A stretch of DNA of 28,538 bases from Candidatus Woesearchaeota archaeon (GCA_964012725.1 CAXGTL010000013.1:1-28538), one strand, 5' to 3'. Positions 15,453-24,989 are shown, numbered from the stretch's first letter. Notes: generated by a model from the sequence alone, not told the origin. Translations and numbers: made by a program.

Positions 15453-17723
15453 TTAAGGAATAGTTGATGCTAATTCAATTGTTTCATCAACTGGGAAATC
15501 TGCATAACCTTTAACAACATACCACCTACCTGTAGAAGAATAACCCATTCCTTCTTTTCTAAATTTAACATAATCTTCTAAATCAACTTCCCAGATTCCA
15601 GTATAAGGAATATTTTTCCCATCAACTGTTTTGTATGTACCTGTAGCCATATAAACACTCTTAACACTGTTATCAGGATTTACAGATGCTATAACAGCTG
15701 AATGATAATCAGATCTAAAGTCTCCTTCTTTTCTTACTTGAGTCATTGCTTCTTCTTGTGTTAATTCTCCCCTTTCTACAGATTGCCAAGGATAATACTT
15801 ATATGCATCAAAAAAAATCATTTGACCAGGTTTAGGAGGATTATTGTTATCATTTGGTTTAAATAATAAATTTTTTTGTTTAAAATATGAAACCATATTA
15901 CGATTTCTTTGCAAAAAATTAGGGTTATTAGGATTATTTCCACCACTAGTTTGGTATTTAACACTTCCATCATAATAAGATTCAACCATATCTTTATTTA
16001 ATGTTGAACCTGCAAGTTCTGAAGAAATTTTTCCAACACTATTACAAACTACTTGATCACCAACATAACAAGCATACTCTGATCCTTCATCAAGATCACT
16101 TACTCTTTTTGATAACACAGGGGATTTAAGCCACCATAAAGTCCTATCACGTAATTCTTGTTGATTTTTTGCTGGTAATATATTTTGTGATGTAAATCCA
16201 AATCCATATTTATAAACATCAGGTGTTCTCTTATTATCTATCATATCAAACTCATAAGTACCAGTACTAGTTTCAAATTTCATTTTCATTCCAATAGCAT
16301 CCCTCTCAGCAATTTTACGATCAGTAACTGAAATTATACTATCAAAAACATTATGGCCATCAGAACCAAATCTCCAATGAGAATTCTCTATTTCACCTGG
16401 ACCTTCAATAGATGTTAAAGGTATGTCCTCTGTTGTATCAAATGTAATTGTACCACCAACTGGTCTCATAGTAAAATAATCTAAATCATTAATCCTTTTT
16501 CCGTATCTTGGATCTTTTTTTTTCATTACTCTAAAACTCTCAAAATCTACATACTTATTTCCATTTTTTAGTGTTACCTTATGTCCTAAACCATTAAGAA
16601 TCATTTTCTTATTACCATACCAAACATAATCTTCATTTTTATGATTATCTTTGTCAAAATCTTCTCCAAAATAGATGTCCACATCTTGCTGGGCATTAAT
16701 CAAAATATTATTTATTGTTGTATCACCTTGAATTAAGAATTGTCCATTATTATAATCTAAGTATCCCTCGTTTAAAACATCATTACTAGGAAGACTAACA
16801 TCAATATTGTCTGAAATAATTGTCAATTTATATTCTGATTCAAGATTTGTAATCTTTGTTTTCTCAAGTATATGAATATAATTCTCATAATATTCATAAG
16901 ATGTTGGTTTTGAGAATTTAATACCAAGTACATTTTCAGAAACACCTTTAACAATTTGTCCATCAAAGATTACTTCACCACTTCCATGAAAATTAATTTC
17001 TTCTATAGAAATATAATCTCCTTTTAAAATCATTTCATTTTCAAAAAATTTAACTTTTCCTTTAAAAGTGAATCCTCCCATTTCAAACCTTCCATTAGAT
17101 AAAGTTGTAACTTTAATATCCTTAGGAAGAGTTTTAAGATTTATTAAACAACATTTACCATTTTGAAATATATTTGTTTCTTGATAATATTTAGCATCTG
17201 ATACGATATTTTCTAAATCAAAAGTTATAGTATCTGATAAACCTTGTTTAAGTACAATTACTAAAGAATCTTTACTTAAATAATCATATTTTCCATCTAA
17301 TAAATCAAGGTTATCAAGAATATCGTTATGATTAAGATAAGATAATTGTTCATCTTCAAGTTTAGGTATGATTATATCTTTGGGAGTTACACCTGAAAAA
17401 TGATTTTCATCCAAAGCTTTTATTTGGTCATCTGACAATGCTGTGCCCATTTCCACCATTTCATCTAAAGGAATTGAATTTATTTTTTCTGGTGCTATTT
17501 CAGTTATTTTATATGGAAATCTTTGTGTTAATTCATACCAATTAATATAACTATATTTATCAACAGGCACTTTATTAAAATCTATTTTTTCATAATAATT
17601 AATAAGTACATTATTCCAATTATCAACTTTAGCATAATCCTCACCTGTCCATTGTTCTATAGCAAAGATAGTTGTAGCTAATAAAATGATTATAATAATC
17701 CAAGATATAATTTTATGTTTCAT
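15453..17723 (-). CDS. large secreted/anchored surface protein (756 aa) with a C-terminal papain/NlpC-P60-like region
   Basis: N-terminal TM/signal segment, a beta-rich middle, and a C-terminus with VCNSVG...PKPGQMIFFD...DYHSAVIASV resembling a Cys...His hydrolase core. ATGA overlap with the upstream gene. Confidence 0.65.
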   Translation of the reverse strand: MKHKIISWIIIIILLATTIFAIEQWTGEDYAKVDNWNNVLINYYEKIDFNKVPVDKYSYINWYELTQRFPYKITEIAPEKINSIPLDEMVEMGTALSDDQIKALDENHFSGVTPKDIIIPKLEDEQLSYLNHNDILDNLDLLDGKYDYLSKDSLVIVLKQGLSDTITFDLENIVSDAKYYQETNIFQNGKCCLINLKTLPKDIKVTTLSNGRFEMGGFTFKGKVKFFENEMILKGDYISIEEINFHGSGEVIFDGQIVKGVSENVLGIKFSKPTSYEYYENYIHILEKTKITNLESEYKLTIISDNIDVSLPSNDVLNEGYLDYNNGQFLIQGDTTINNILINAQQDVDIYFGEDFDKDNHKNEDYVWYGNKKMILNGLGHKVTLKNGNKYVDFESFRVMKKKDPRYGKRINDLDYFTMRPVGGTITFDTTEDIPLTSIEGPGEIENSHWRFGSDGHNVFDSIISVTDRKIAERDAIGMKMKFETSTGTYEFDMIDNKRTPDVYKYGFGFTSQNILPAKNQQELRDRTLWWLKSPVLSKRVSDLDEGSEYACYVGDQVVCNSVGKISSELAGSTLNKDMVESYYDGSVKYQTSGGNNPNNPNFLQRNRNMVSYFKQKNLLFKPNDNNNPPKPGQMIFFDAYKYYPWQSVERGELTQEEAMTQVRKEGDFRSDYHSAVIASVNPDNSVKSVYMATGTYKTVDGKNIPYTGIWEVDLEDYVKFRKEGMGYSSTGRWYVVKGYADFPVDETIELASTIP

Positions 17724-18484
17724 TTTAAATCATATTTATTTGCAAATACAAACCTATAAGGCATGTCTAAAACTATTGATTTATCATCAATTATAACAAA
17801 ATAAATTGTGTCTCCAAAATTAATTTTTTCAATAGAAAATAGTGTATCATCAGTAATTTTAGAAATACAAGAGATACATACCACATTAGGATATAATAAT
17901 TGTTCTTTAATCATTTTATTAGATGTTTCATAAATTAATTTAAGTCTTACAGGATATTCTTGAGTAAACTTAGAAATAATCCTTTTTTGTTGACCTTTGT
18001 TTAAAGTTAAAGGATAATTTATGTCTACTTGTACAACATTGTCCTTGACCATAGTTTCTGATATAATTGGAGATTGCATTATTTCTACTCCTGAATCTTT
18101 AAATTCAGAAAAATTATTAATACAATTAGGTAAATTATGAGAAACATAATTTGAAATTTCATCTTCTATAACAGATAATTGTGGTATTTTATTTTCACCT
18201 TCATAATAAAAATATGCTGTACTTGAAAAAAGAAACGAATCAGCAGCTAATGGAGGGTCTGATGTATAACCACCTCTTACTCCTATTGTATAGACTGCTT
18301 TTTCAATTGTATTTTTTAAACATGAATCTACAAATAAATTTATAGATGTTAGTTCTGGTATAAGGTCTGTTGATGATTGTTCTATGGTTGGTTGTGAATT
18401 CATCAAATAATAAAATATCATAAAACAAATTACAAGAATAAATCCCATAACAATATAAATAGTTAATTGTGCTCTTTTTTTCAT
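17720..18484 (-). CDS. protein with an archaeal class III (type IV pilin-like) signal peptide (254 aa)
   Basis: MKKRAQLTIYIVMGFILV fits the [KR][GA]-Q/L-hydrophobic prepilin-peptidase site pattern. The rest has no recognised family. Confidence 0.55.
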   Translation of the reverse strand: MKKRAQLTIYIVMGFILVICFMIFYYLMNSQPTIEQSSTDLIPELTSINLFVDSCLKNTIEKAVYTIGVRGGYTSDPPLAADSFLFSSTAYFYYEGENKIPQLSVIEDEISNYVSHNLPNCINNFSEFKDSGVEIMQSPIISETMVKDNVVQVDINYPLTLNKGQQKRIISKFTQEYPVRLKLIYETSNKMIKEQLLYPNVVCISCISKITDDTLFSIEKINFGDTIYFVIIDDKSIVLDMPYRFVFANKYDLK

Positions 18485-18542
18485 TATTAATTTAATTTAT
18501 AATAATTATATATATAAAACTAACTAATAAATAGACCAAAAG

Positions 18543-18552
18543 CTTTAAAAAT
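18543..18552 (+). promoter_or_regulatory. TATA-like box for RNase P RNA
   Basis: CTTTAAAAAT centred ~25 nt upstream of the predicted 5' end of P1. Confidence 0.4.
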
Positions 18553-18572
18553 CAAGATTATTACCTATATAC

Positions 18573-18915
18573 TAACGTAGGGAACTGCTTAACTGACGGC
18601 ACCATGTGCTGAAGAAAGTCCATCCACTGCTGGCAGAGTTTTTATATGAAAACTTATGTCTTAAAATGCTACTCTAGGAATAGAGATCCTTAATAGGATG
18701 GTAAAGGCTCAGAAACGATATCCCTATCTGTTAGCTATGATGTGGCGAAGTACTGGGTGACTTGTATGAGATCCCACAGAGTGTTTGAGCAGATAGGAAG
18801 ATTGAAACGGTGATTCCTTAGCAAGTGAAAGTTCAGTATGAACGAATAGTAGAATGTTAAGATGGTCTGTCCTAACGGAGACCAATAAAAGGTGGCTTAT
18901 AGGTTTCCTACGTTA
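18573..18915 (+). ncRNA. rnpB: RNase P RNA
   Basis: CR-I-like GAAGAAAGTCC (18611-18621), TGAAACGGTG, and CR-V-like ACCAATAAAAGGTGGCTTAT (to 18900). The 5' TAACGTAGG pairs with the 3' CCTACGTTA as P1. Locally GC-enriched island with a TATA-like box ~25 nt upstream and an oligo-T tract downstream. Confidence 0.8.
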
Positions 18916-18930
18916 CTTTATTTTTATCTT
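18916..18930 (+). terminator. oligo-T tract after RNase P RNA
   Basis: CTTTATTTTTATCTT lies immediately after the P1 3' strand, as expected for an archaeal oligo-T terminator. Confidence 0.4.
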
Positions 18931-19200
18931 CATCTAAAAATCCTACTTCGTTTTACTCATTTCATTCGTAAAACTACGCCTGGCCATGCCATGTTTGCCA
19001 AACAAACATAGGCATACACGTGTCGGAAATGCAGAGCATTTCTGAGCATGATCAGAAATTTCCAATTTCTGACAGCACAGGAGGATATTTTGAATGAAGC
19101 TAAACTAACAGTTAAATATATAAACTAATAAAAAAATACATATTAACATGGTTAGAAATCTCTGATTTATAACCAACGAACGAAACGGAGTGAAGTGAAA
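18931..19200. repeat. intergenic repeat copy B (composite, with inverted ends and four hairpins)
   Basis: Inverted arms at 18946-18972 and 19176-19200. CTGGCCATGCCAT box at 18980-18992. Hairpins at 18986-19015, 19026-19042, 19052-19072 and 19150-19174. Confidence 0.7.
19112..19125 (+). promoter_or_regulatory. TATA-like box for the secG/hel308 transcript
   Basis: TTAAATATATAAAC. The predicted TSS is near 19148, which places hairpin 19150-19174 and the leader motif in the 5' UTR. Confidence 0.4.
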
Positions 19201-19218
19201 TTGTCAAAAGATAATAAA

Positions 19219-19380
19219 ATGAGAATGCCATCAGGCATGGGTGGACTAGTAAGGTATTTTGATGATTATAAATCAAAGATAGAGTTCAAACCTCAGCATG
19301 TTATTATATTAGTGATCATTGTTTTAATTATTGAAATTATATTACATCTTTATGGTTATTCTTGGTTTGGCTTTTCATAA
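19219..19380 (+). CDS. secG: preprotein translocase subunit Sec61-beta (archaeal SecG)
   Basis: MPSGMGGLVRYFDDYKSKIEFKPQHVIILVIIVLIIEIIL matches the archaeal Sec-beta pattern (aGLvRYfde...kp.hVi + TM). The ORF-track start at 19195 is a GTG inside the repeat, so I prefer the ATG at 19219. Confidence 0.82.
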   Translation: MRMPSGMGGLVRYFDDYKSKIEFKPQHVIILVIIVLIIEIILHLYGYSWFGFS

Positions 19381-19382
19381 TT

Positions 19383-20966
19383 ATGACTCAAATAGCAACT
19401 GTAACAAATAATTATGTAATTGATTTAGCATTAAATACAATTTCTATTGGAAAGCAAGCTTTAGTTTTTGTTAATTCTAAAAGAAGTGCTGAAAAAACTG
19501 CTGAAGACCTTTCCCGTCAAATAAAGAATGTTGTTTTGAATGATTTAAGTGAAAAAATGTTACATGCTTTACCAAAGCCAACTAAACAATGCGAAAGATT
19601 GAGTAAATGTATTAAAAATGGAATTGCATTTCATCATGCAGGCCTTGTTCATAAGCAAAAGGAAATGATTGAAGATGAATTTAGAAGTGGTAAGATAAAA
19701 GTTATTTGTTGTACACCAACACTTGCAGCTGGTGTTGATTTACCTGCTTTTCGTACTATAATAAAAGATTTAAGAAGATATAGTTCTCGTGGATTAAACT
19801 GGATACCTGTTTTAGAATATGAACAACAAGCTGGTAGAGCTGGTCGTCCTAGTTATGATGATTATGGAGAAGCTATATGTATTGCTGTTACTGATTCTTC
19901 TAGAAAAGAAATTGTTAAAAGATATATTAATGGAGAAGTTGAAGAAATTTATTCTAAGCTAGCTGTTGAGCCTGTACTTCGTACTTATGTTTTGTCTTTA
20001 ATTGCATCTGGTTTTATTACTTCTAGAAATGATTTGATTGATTTTTTTTCTAAAACATTTTATGCTTATCAGTTTAAGGATATGGATAAAATAAAATCAA
20101 TCATGGATAAAATGATTCATCTTTTGACTAAGTTTGAGTTTATTATGAAAATTAACCACACAGAAGATGATGATTCTAAGAATAATGAATTTACTTCTGC
20201 AAATAAATTAGATGAAGATAATAAAAACATTAATTACAAAGCAACAATAATAGGAAAAAGAGTTGCACAGCTTTACATTGATCCATTAACAGCTAATTAT
20301 TTAATCAAACATGTTAAATTAGTTAATATAAAGAATGAAATAAGTTTTTTACAATTAATATCTCATACTTCTGAGATTCGGCCTTTGTTAAAAGTTCGGA
20401 ATAAAGATATGGAAGATGTGAATGAGTTCTTGTTAAGGCATAATGTTTTTATTTTAGAAAAAGAACCAGAAATATATGATTCTGAGTATGATGAGTTTTT
20501 GTCTTCAATTAAAACTTCAATGTTTTTCTATGACTGGATAAATGAAAAAGATGAAGAGTTTCTTTTAGATAAATATAATACTAGGCCAGGTGAGATAAAA
20601 GTTAAATTAGATATTGCTGATTGGTTACTTTATTCAACTGAGGAATTGTGTAAGCTTTTGAAGATGCATTCTGTTGTAAAAGAGATTATGAAATTAAGAA
20701 TAAGATTGCAGTTTGGAGTTAGAGAAGAATTACTTGGTTTACTTAGGTTAAAGAATATTGGGAGGGTTCGTGCGCGTAAGTTACATTATAATAAAATAAA
20801 AACAATTGAAGATGTTAAGAAATGTGATTTATTGAAATTAGTACAGATTCTTGGTAAGAAGACTGCAATTGATGTCAAGGAACAGGTTGGTATCAAAGTG
20901 GATGCAAGTAAAATTATAGTCAAAAAGAATAAAAGAAAAGGTCAGATTAGTTTGTTGGATTATTGA
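19383..20966 (+). CDS. hel308: Hel308/Ski2-type helicase, C-terminal part only (RecA2, winged helix, ratchet and HhH domains)
   Basis: Begins just before the RecA2 strand (KQALVFVNSKRSAEKTA). Motifs IV-VI are present (CCTPTLAAGVDLPA, QQAGRAGRP), as is a C-terminal HhH-like region. No Walker A or DEAH-box region occurs upstream in any frame. Confidence 0.8.
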   Translation: MTQIATVTNNYVIDLALNTISIGKQALVFVNSKRSAEKTAEDLSRQIKNVVLNDLSEKMLHALPKPTKQCERLSKCIKNGIAFHHAGLVHKQKEMIEDEFRSGKIKVICCTPTLAAGVDLPAFRTIIKDLRRYSSRGLNWIPVLEYEQQAGRAGRPSYDDYGEAICIAVTDSSRKEIVKRYINGEVEEIYSKLAVEPVLRTYVLSLIASGFITSRNDLIDFFSKTFYAYQFKDMDKIKSIMDKMIHLLTKFEFIMKINHTEDDDSKNNEFTSANKLDEDNKNINYKATIIGKRVAQLYIDPLTANYLIKHVKLVNIKNEISFLQLISHTSEIRPLLKVRNKDMEDVNEFLLRHNVFILEKEPEIYDSEYDEFLSSIKTSMFFYDWINEKDEEFLLDKYNTRPGEIKVKLDIADWLLYSTEELCKLLKMHSVVKEIMKLRIRLQFGVREELLGLLRLKNIGRVRARKLHYNKIKTIEDVKKCDLLKLVQILGKKTAIDVKEQVGIKVDASKIIVKKNKRKGQISLLDY

Positions 20967-21325
20967 GGTATTTCTTTTTGTAAAATAGATACAAGATCTC
21001 TAGGCATGAATGGTTTTTCTATTATACCTTTTGCGCCATATTGAATTACATCTTCTCTTTCTTGAGATGTTGCTCCACCAGTCATAGCATACATAATAAG
21101 TTCAGGATATAATTGTTTTGCTTCATGAATAAGTTTATCTCCTTGCATATTAGGCATATTTATATCAGTAAATAAAACCTTAACATCAGGATGTTGTTGT
21201 AATACTTCTAAAGCTTCTAAACCATCTTCTGCTTGTAAAACTTCATAACCTGATCTTTCCACAACCCTTGCTCCAAATACACGTACAATTTTTTCATCAT
21301 CTACAATTAATACTTTATATGTCAT
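20960..21325 (-). CDS. stand-alone response-regulator receiver (CheY-like REC) domain
   Basis: DD pair (LIVDDE), phospho-acceptor Asp (LFTDINMP), Thr (AMTG) and Lys (EKPF) are all present. No output domain. Confidence 0.85.
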   Translation of the reverse strand: MTYKVLIVDDEKIVRVFGARVVERSGYEVLQAEDGLEALEVLQQHPDVKVLFTDINMPNMQGDKLIHEAKQLYPELIMYAMTGGATSQEREDVIQYGAKGIIEKPFMPRDLVSILQKEIPQ

Positions 21326-21382
21326 TTTATATATAGAAAATTCTTCTCCTTTATAAATGTTGAGTTTTTTACTACTGTGTAG

Positions 21383-22483
21383 TTAACCTAAAACCTTCTC
21401 AATCAAACTCTTTTTCTTACCTAGCTTTTTGAACTGTTTTAAAACATCTTTTTGTTTCTTAGTTAGTTTCTTAGGAACATCAATTATAACTTTTATATTT
21501 TGTGAACCAGTACCGTAACCTCGTAGATTAGGTATACCTTTGTTTTTCATCCTAAACACAGTGTTTGATTGTGTTCCTGAAGGTATCTTTAGTGTAGCTT
21601 TTCCTTCTAATGTAGGCACATCTATAGTTCCACCTAATGCAGCTGTTGCAAAATGTATAGGCATTTCTAAAAATATGTCATCACCATGTCTTTCAAAGAT
21701 TTTGTGTTTCTTAATTCTAAGCAAAACATAGAGATCTCCTGAAGGTCCTCCTTTAACACCTGCTTCACCTTCACCTGCAACTCTTAGCCTAGTGCCATTG
21801 TCAACACCAGCTGGGATTTTGATTGGGATTTTTTTTGTTTTTCTAATTCTACCAGTTCCATCACAAACATTACACATATCTTTTATTACATTTCCTTCTC
21901 CATAACATTTTCTACAAGAAGTTGTTGTTTGGAATACACCAAAAAATGTTTTTTGTATTTGTCTAACCATACCAGAACCATGACAATCTGGACATGTCTT
22001 AATACCTGACTTTGATTTTGCACCTGTACCATCACATTTTGTGCAAGTATCCATTTTTGTGATTGCAATTGTTTTTTTTGTACCAGTTGCTGCTTCTTCT
22101 AATGATATTTCTAAACCATATTGAAGATCAGCACCTCTTATTACTCTTTTACCTTGCCTTCTTCCACCACCAAACATTCCACCTGAAAACATTGATTCAA
22201 ACAAATCTCCAAAGTCGAAATTAGCACCACCTGAATGAAATCCAGAAAAATCAAAACCTCTTCCATTAAAGTCTGCTGTACCATACTGATCATACTGTTT
22301 ACGTTTTTTGTCATCACCTAATACAGCCGCTGCTTCATTTATCTCTTTAAACTTTTCTGAAGCATTTGGTTCTTTATTAACATCTGGATGATATTTCTTT
22401 GCTAGCTTTTTATATGCTTTTTTGATTTGTTCTCTAGTTGAATCTTTGCTAACTCCAAGTATTTTGTAATAGTCTTTGGTCAT
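21383..22483 (-). CDS. dnaJ: chaperone DnaJ (type I: J domain, G/F region, four CxxCxGxG repeats)
   Basis: DYYKILGV...KKYHPDVN J domain, G/F-rich linker, then [32 protein letters not shown]. Confidence 0.95.
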   Translation of the reverse strand: MTKDYYKILGVSKDSTREQIKKAYKKLAKKYHPDVNKEPNASEKFKEINEAAAVLGDDKKRKQYDQYGTADFNGRGFDFSGFHSGGANFDFGDLFESMFSGGMFGGGRRQGKRVIRGADLQYGLEISLEEAATGTKKTIAITKMDTCTKCDGTGAKSKSGIKTCPDCHGSGMVRQIQKTFFGVFQTTTSCRKCYGEGNVIKDMCNVCDGTGRIRKTKKIPIKIPAGVDNGTRLRVAGEGEAGVKGGPSGDLYVLLRIKKHKIFERHGDDIFLEMPIHFATAALGGTIDVPTLEGKATLKIPSGTQSNTVFRMKNKGIPNLRGYGTGSQNIKVIIDVPKKLTKKQKDVLKQFKKLGKKKSLIEKVLG

Positions 22484-22638
22484 TCAAACTTACCCCTAAC
22501 CTTATACTTATCGCCGTTTACAACTTCTTGTAAGTTTGCTGCAATCTTTTTTTCAACAGACTTGTTTGCCATTAAAAACTTAACTAGAAAATAGACTATT
22601 AAAAATATTCCACCATATATTAACCAATTGTTTTCCAT
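22480..22638 (-). CDS. 52-aa single-TM peptide between dnaK and dnaJ (hand-called)
   Basis: [58 protein letters not shown] Shine-Dalgarno 5 nt upstream. Its TGA overlaps the dnaJ ATG (ATGA). Confidence 0.45.
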   Translation of the reverse strand: MENNWLIYGGIFLIVYFLVKFLMANKSVEKKIAANLQEVVNGDKYKVRGKFE

Positions 22639-22643
22639 TTTGT

Positions 22644-22698
22644 GTCACCTTTTTGTAGATGTGGCAGTTAGGGAAAAAGAGGTGACTCAAACCCTAAC
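22644..22698 (-). promoter_or_regulatory. Shine-Dalgarno-sequestering stem-loop / H-type pseudoknot candidate in the dnaK-dnaJ spacer
   Basis: The minus-strand RNA reads GUUAGGG-uuuga-GUCACCUCUUUUU-CCCUAAC-ugccacaucuac-AAAAAGGUGAC-acaaa-AUG. The AGGUGA Shine-Dalgarno is fully paired in an 11-bp stem with one bulged C. Confidence 0.5.
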
Positions 22699-22728
22699 CA
22701 ACACATCTTATTTTGAAAATATAAAAAA

Positions 22729-24591
22729 TTATTTCTTCTCTTCATCAACAACTTCTGCATCGACAATGTTTTCGTCTTTGCCAGATGCTGTATTATTGTC
22801 CTTACCTTTTCCTGATTTTCCAGCTTTTGCTTGCTTTGCTTGTTGTTCAGCAGCAGCCTTTTGATAAAGTTCTGTTGAAGCTTCTTGTGCTAACTTATCT
22901 ATTTCTTCAAGCTTCTTTTTAATTGTTTCGTAATTCTTTTCTTTATCTTTCATCAGCTTTTCAAGTTCTTCAATTGTATCTTTCAAAGGCTTTAGTTTCT
23001 TTTCATCAACTTTGCCTTCCATGTCTTTCATTGATTTCCCTGTAGTATAAATCAATGTATCTGCTTTATTGAAAGTTTCAATTTTTTCTTTCTTTTTCTT
23101 GTCTTCTTCTGAATGTTTCTCAGCTTCTTTTCTCATCTTTTCTATCTCATCATCAGATAGATTTGTTGAAGCTGTTATTGTAATATTTTGTTCTTTTGCA
23201 GTTCCAAGATCTTTTGCTTTAACATTTAGTATTCCGTTTGCATCAATATCAAATGTTACTTCTATCTGAGGAACTCCTCTTGGTGCAGGTGGTATACCAA
23301 CTAAATCAAATTGTCCTAAAACTTTGTTATCATTGAACATTGGTCTTTCACCTTGCGCAGTTCTAATTGTAACTGCAGGTTGATTATCAGCAGCTGTTGA
23401 AAATATCTGTGATTTCTTAGTAGGGATTGTAGTGTTTCTTTCAATTAATTTTGTAAATACACTTCCCAATGTTTCAATTCCTAAACTTAAAGGTGTTACA
23501 TCTAAAAGTAATACATCTTTTACATCTCCACCAAGTATTCCACCTTGAATAGCTGCTCCTAAAGCAACTGCTTCATCTGGATTAACAGATTTGTCTCCAT
23601 CTTTTCCTGTTAAATCTTTAACAAGCTTTTGTACAGATGGGATTCTTGTTGAACCTCCTACAAAAATTACTTTATCAACTTTATCTAGACTTGAATCTTT
23701 CAAAGCTTGTTCTGTAGGTGTTTTTAATTTTTCTAAAATATCTTCAATCATTTGCTCAAACTTAGCTCTTGTTAAGTCAAGATTAAGATGTTTAGGTCCT
23801 TTATCATCAGCTGTTATAAATGGTAGATTGATTGTTGCAGTCATCTTAGTTGATAACTCAATTTTAGCTTTTTCTCCTGCTTCTTTTAATCTTTGTAATG
23901 CAACTTTATCTTTTCTTAAATCAATACCATTTTGTTTTTTAAATTCTTCAGCAAGATGATCTACTAATAAATCATCAATATCATCTCCACCTAATTTATT
24001 ATTACCATTTGTTGATTTTACTTCAAACACTCCATCTCCTAATTCTAATATTGAAACATCAAATGTTCCACCACCAAAATCAAATACTAAGATTGTGTGT
24101 TCATGACTTTTGTCTAAACCATATGCAAGTGATGCTGCAGTTGGTTCGTTTATAATTCTTAATACATTTAATCCTGCAATTTTACCAGCATCTTTAGTTG
24201 CTTGTCTTTGTGAATCTGTAAAATAAGCTGGTACAGTGATAACTGCGTCTGTTACTTTATGTCCTAAGTAAGCTTCTGCATCAGTTTTTAGTTTTTGTAA
24301 TATCATTGCAGAAATTTCTTGTGGAGAATAATCTTTTCCATCAATATTTTCTTTATGATCAGAACCCATATGTCTTTTTACTGACCTAACTGTATGTTCT
24401 GGATTAGTTATAGCTTGGTTTCTAGCTACTTGTCCAACTATTCTTTCACCATCTTTAATACTTACAACACTTGGAGTTGTTCTTCCACCTTCTGCATTTG
24501 GTATGATTGTTGCTTTACCTGCTTCGATTACAGCTACTGCTGAAAAAGTTGTTCCAAGGTCAATTCCTATTGCTTTTGAATGTTTTGTCAT
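22729..24591 (-). CDS. dnaK: chaperone DnaK (Hsp70)
   Basis: Full-length Hsp70 signatures: [43 protein letters not shown] Shine-Dalgarno upstream. Confidence 0.97.
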   Translation of the reverse strand: MTKHSKAIGIDLGTTFSAVAVIEAGKATIIPNAEGGRTTPSVVSIKDGERIVGQVARNQAITNPEHTVRSVKRHMGSDHKENIDGKDYSPQEISAMILQKLKTDAEAYLGHKVTDAVITVPAYFTDSQRQATKDAGKIAGLNVLRIINEPTAASLAYGLDKSHEHTILVFDFGGGTFDVSILELGDGVFEVKSTNGNNKLGGDDIDDLLVDHLAEEFKKQNGIDLRKDKVALQRLKEAGEKAKIELSTKMTATINLPFITADDKGPKHLNLDLTRAKFEQMIEDILEKLKTPTEQALKDSSLDKVDKVIFVGGSTRIPSVQKLVKDLTGKDGDKSVNPDEAVALGAAIQGGILGGDVKDVLLLDVTPLSLGIETLGSVFTKLIERNTTIPTKKSQIFSTAADNQPAVTIRTAQGERPMFNDNKVLGQFDLVGIPPAPRGVPQIEVTFDIDANGILNVKAKDLGTAKEQNITITASTNLSDDEIEKMRKEAEKHSEEDKKKKEKIETFNKADTLIYTTGKSMKDMEGKVDEKKLKPLKDTIEELEKLMKDKEKNYETIKKKLEEIDKLAQEASTELYQKAAAEQQAKQAKAGKSGKGKDNNTASGKDENIVDAEVVDEEKK

Positions 24592-24608
24592 TTTATATAT
24601 TCCTCCTG

Positions 24609-24989
24609 TTAACCTAGATAACTAGGTATATTTAAATCATTTATTTTTTTTGTATTTACTGTTTTTTTTGATTTTTTCTTATTCTTAGCACGCTCTTTTT
24701 CAATTTTTTCCATTACTTTTGGTTTTTTTATTTTAATATATGTTTTTTCATATTTATCAATAGCTTTACCTAAAAGTTCATGAAATCTTTTTGCTTGATA
24801 TGCATCAATTAAAACTACATTATGTTTTAATGTCATAACAGTTCCTTGTCTTGATCTTGGATCCATTCTTGGACTAATATTTTTAAAATCAAGTATAAAT
24901 TGTAATGCATTAAAATTTACTGAAATTTCGTGACTGAAAAATGCGTCACCATCAATTATATTTAAATTAATTTTTTTTTCTGACATCAT
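24609..24989 (-). CDS. DUF3467-like protein inserted between grpE and dnaK
   Basis: ALQFILDF...[27 protein letters not shown] matches the DUF3467 core pattern, followed by a Lys-rich tail. Its start overlaps the grpE stop by 1 nt. Confidence 0.6.
   Translation of the reverse strand: MMSEKKINLNIIDGDAFFSHEISVNFNALQFILDFKNISPRMDPRSRQGTVMTLKHNVVLIDAYQAKRFHELLGKAIDKYEKTYIKIKKPKVMEKIEKERAKNKKKSKKTVNTKKINDLNIPSYLG

Noticed and set aside
21540-23959. ORFs 21540-21731(+), 21886-22068(-), 22628-22864(+), 23069-23269(+) and 23591-23959(+) within dnaJ/dnaK
   Set aside because: They lie antisense to, or out of frame within, unmistakable DnaJ and DnaK coding sequence. Their composition is typical of shadow ORFs.
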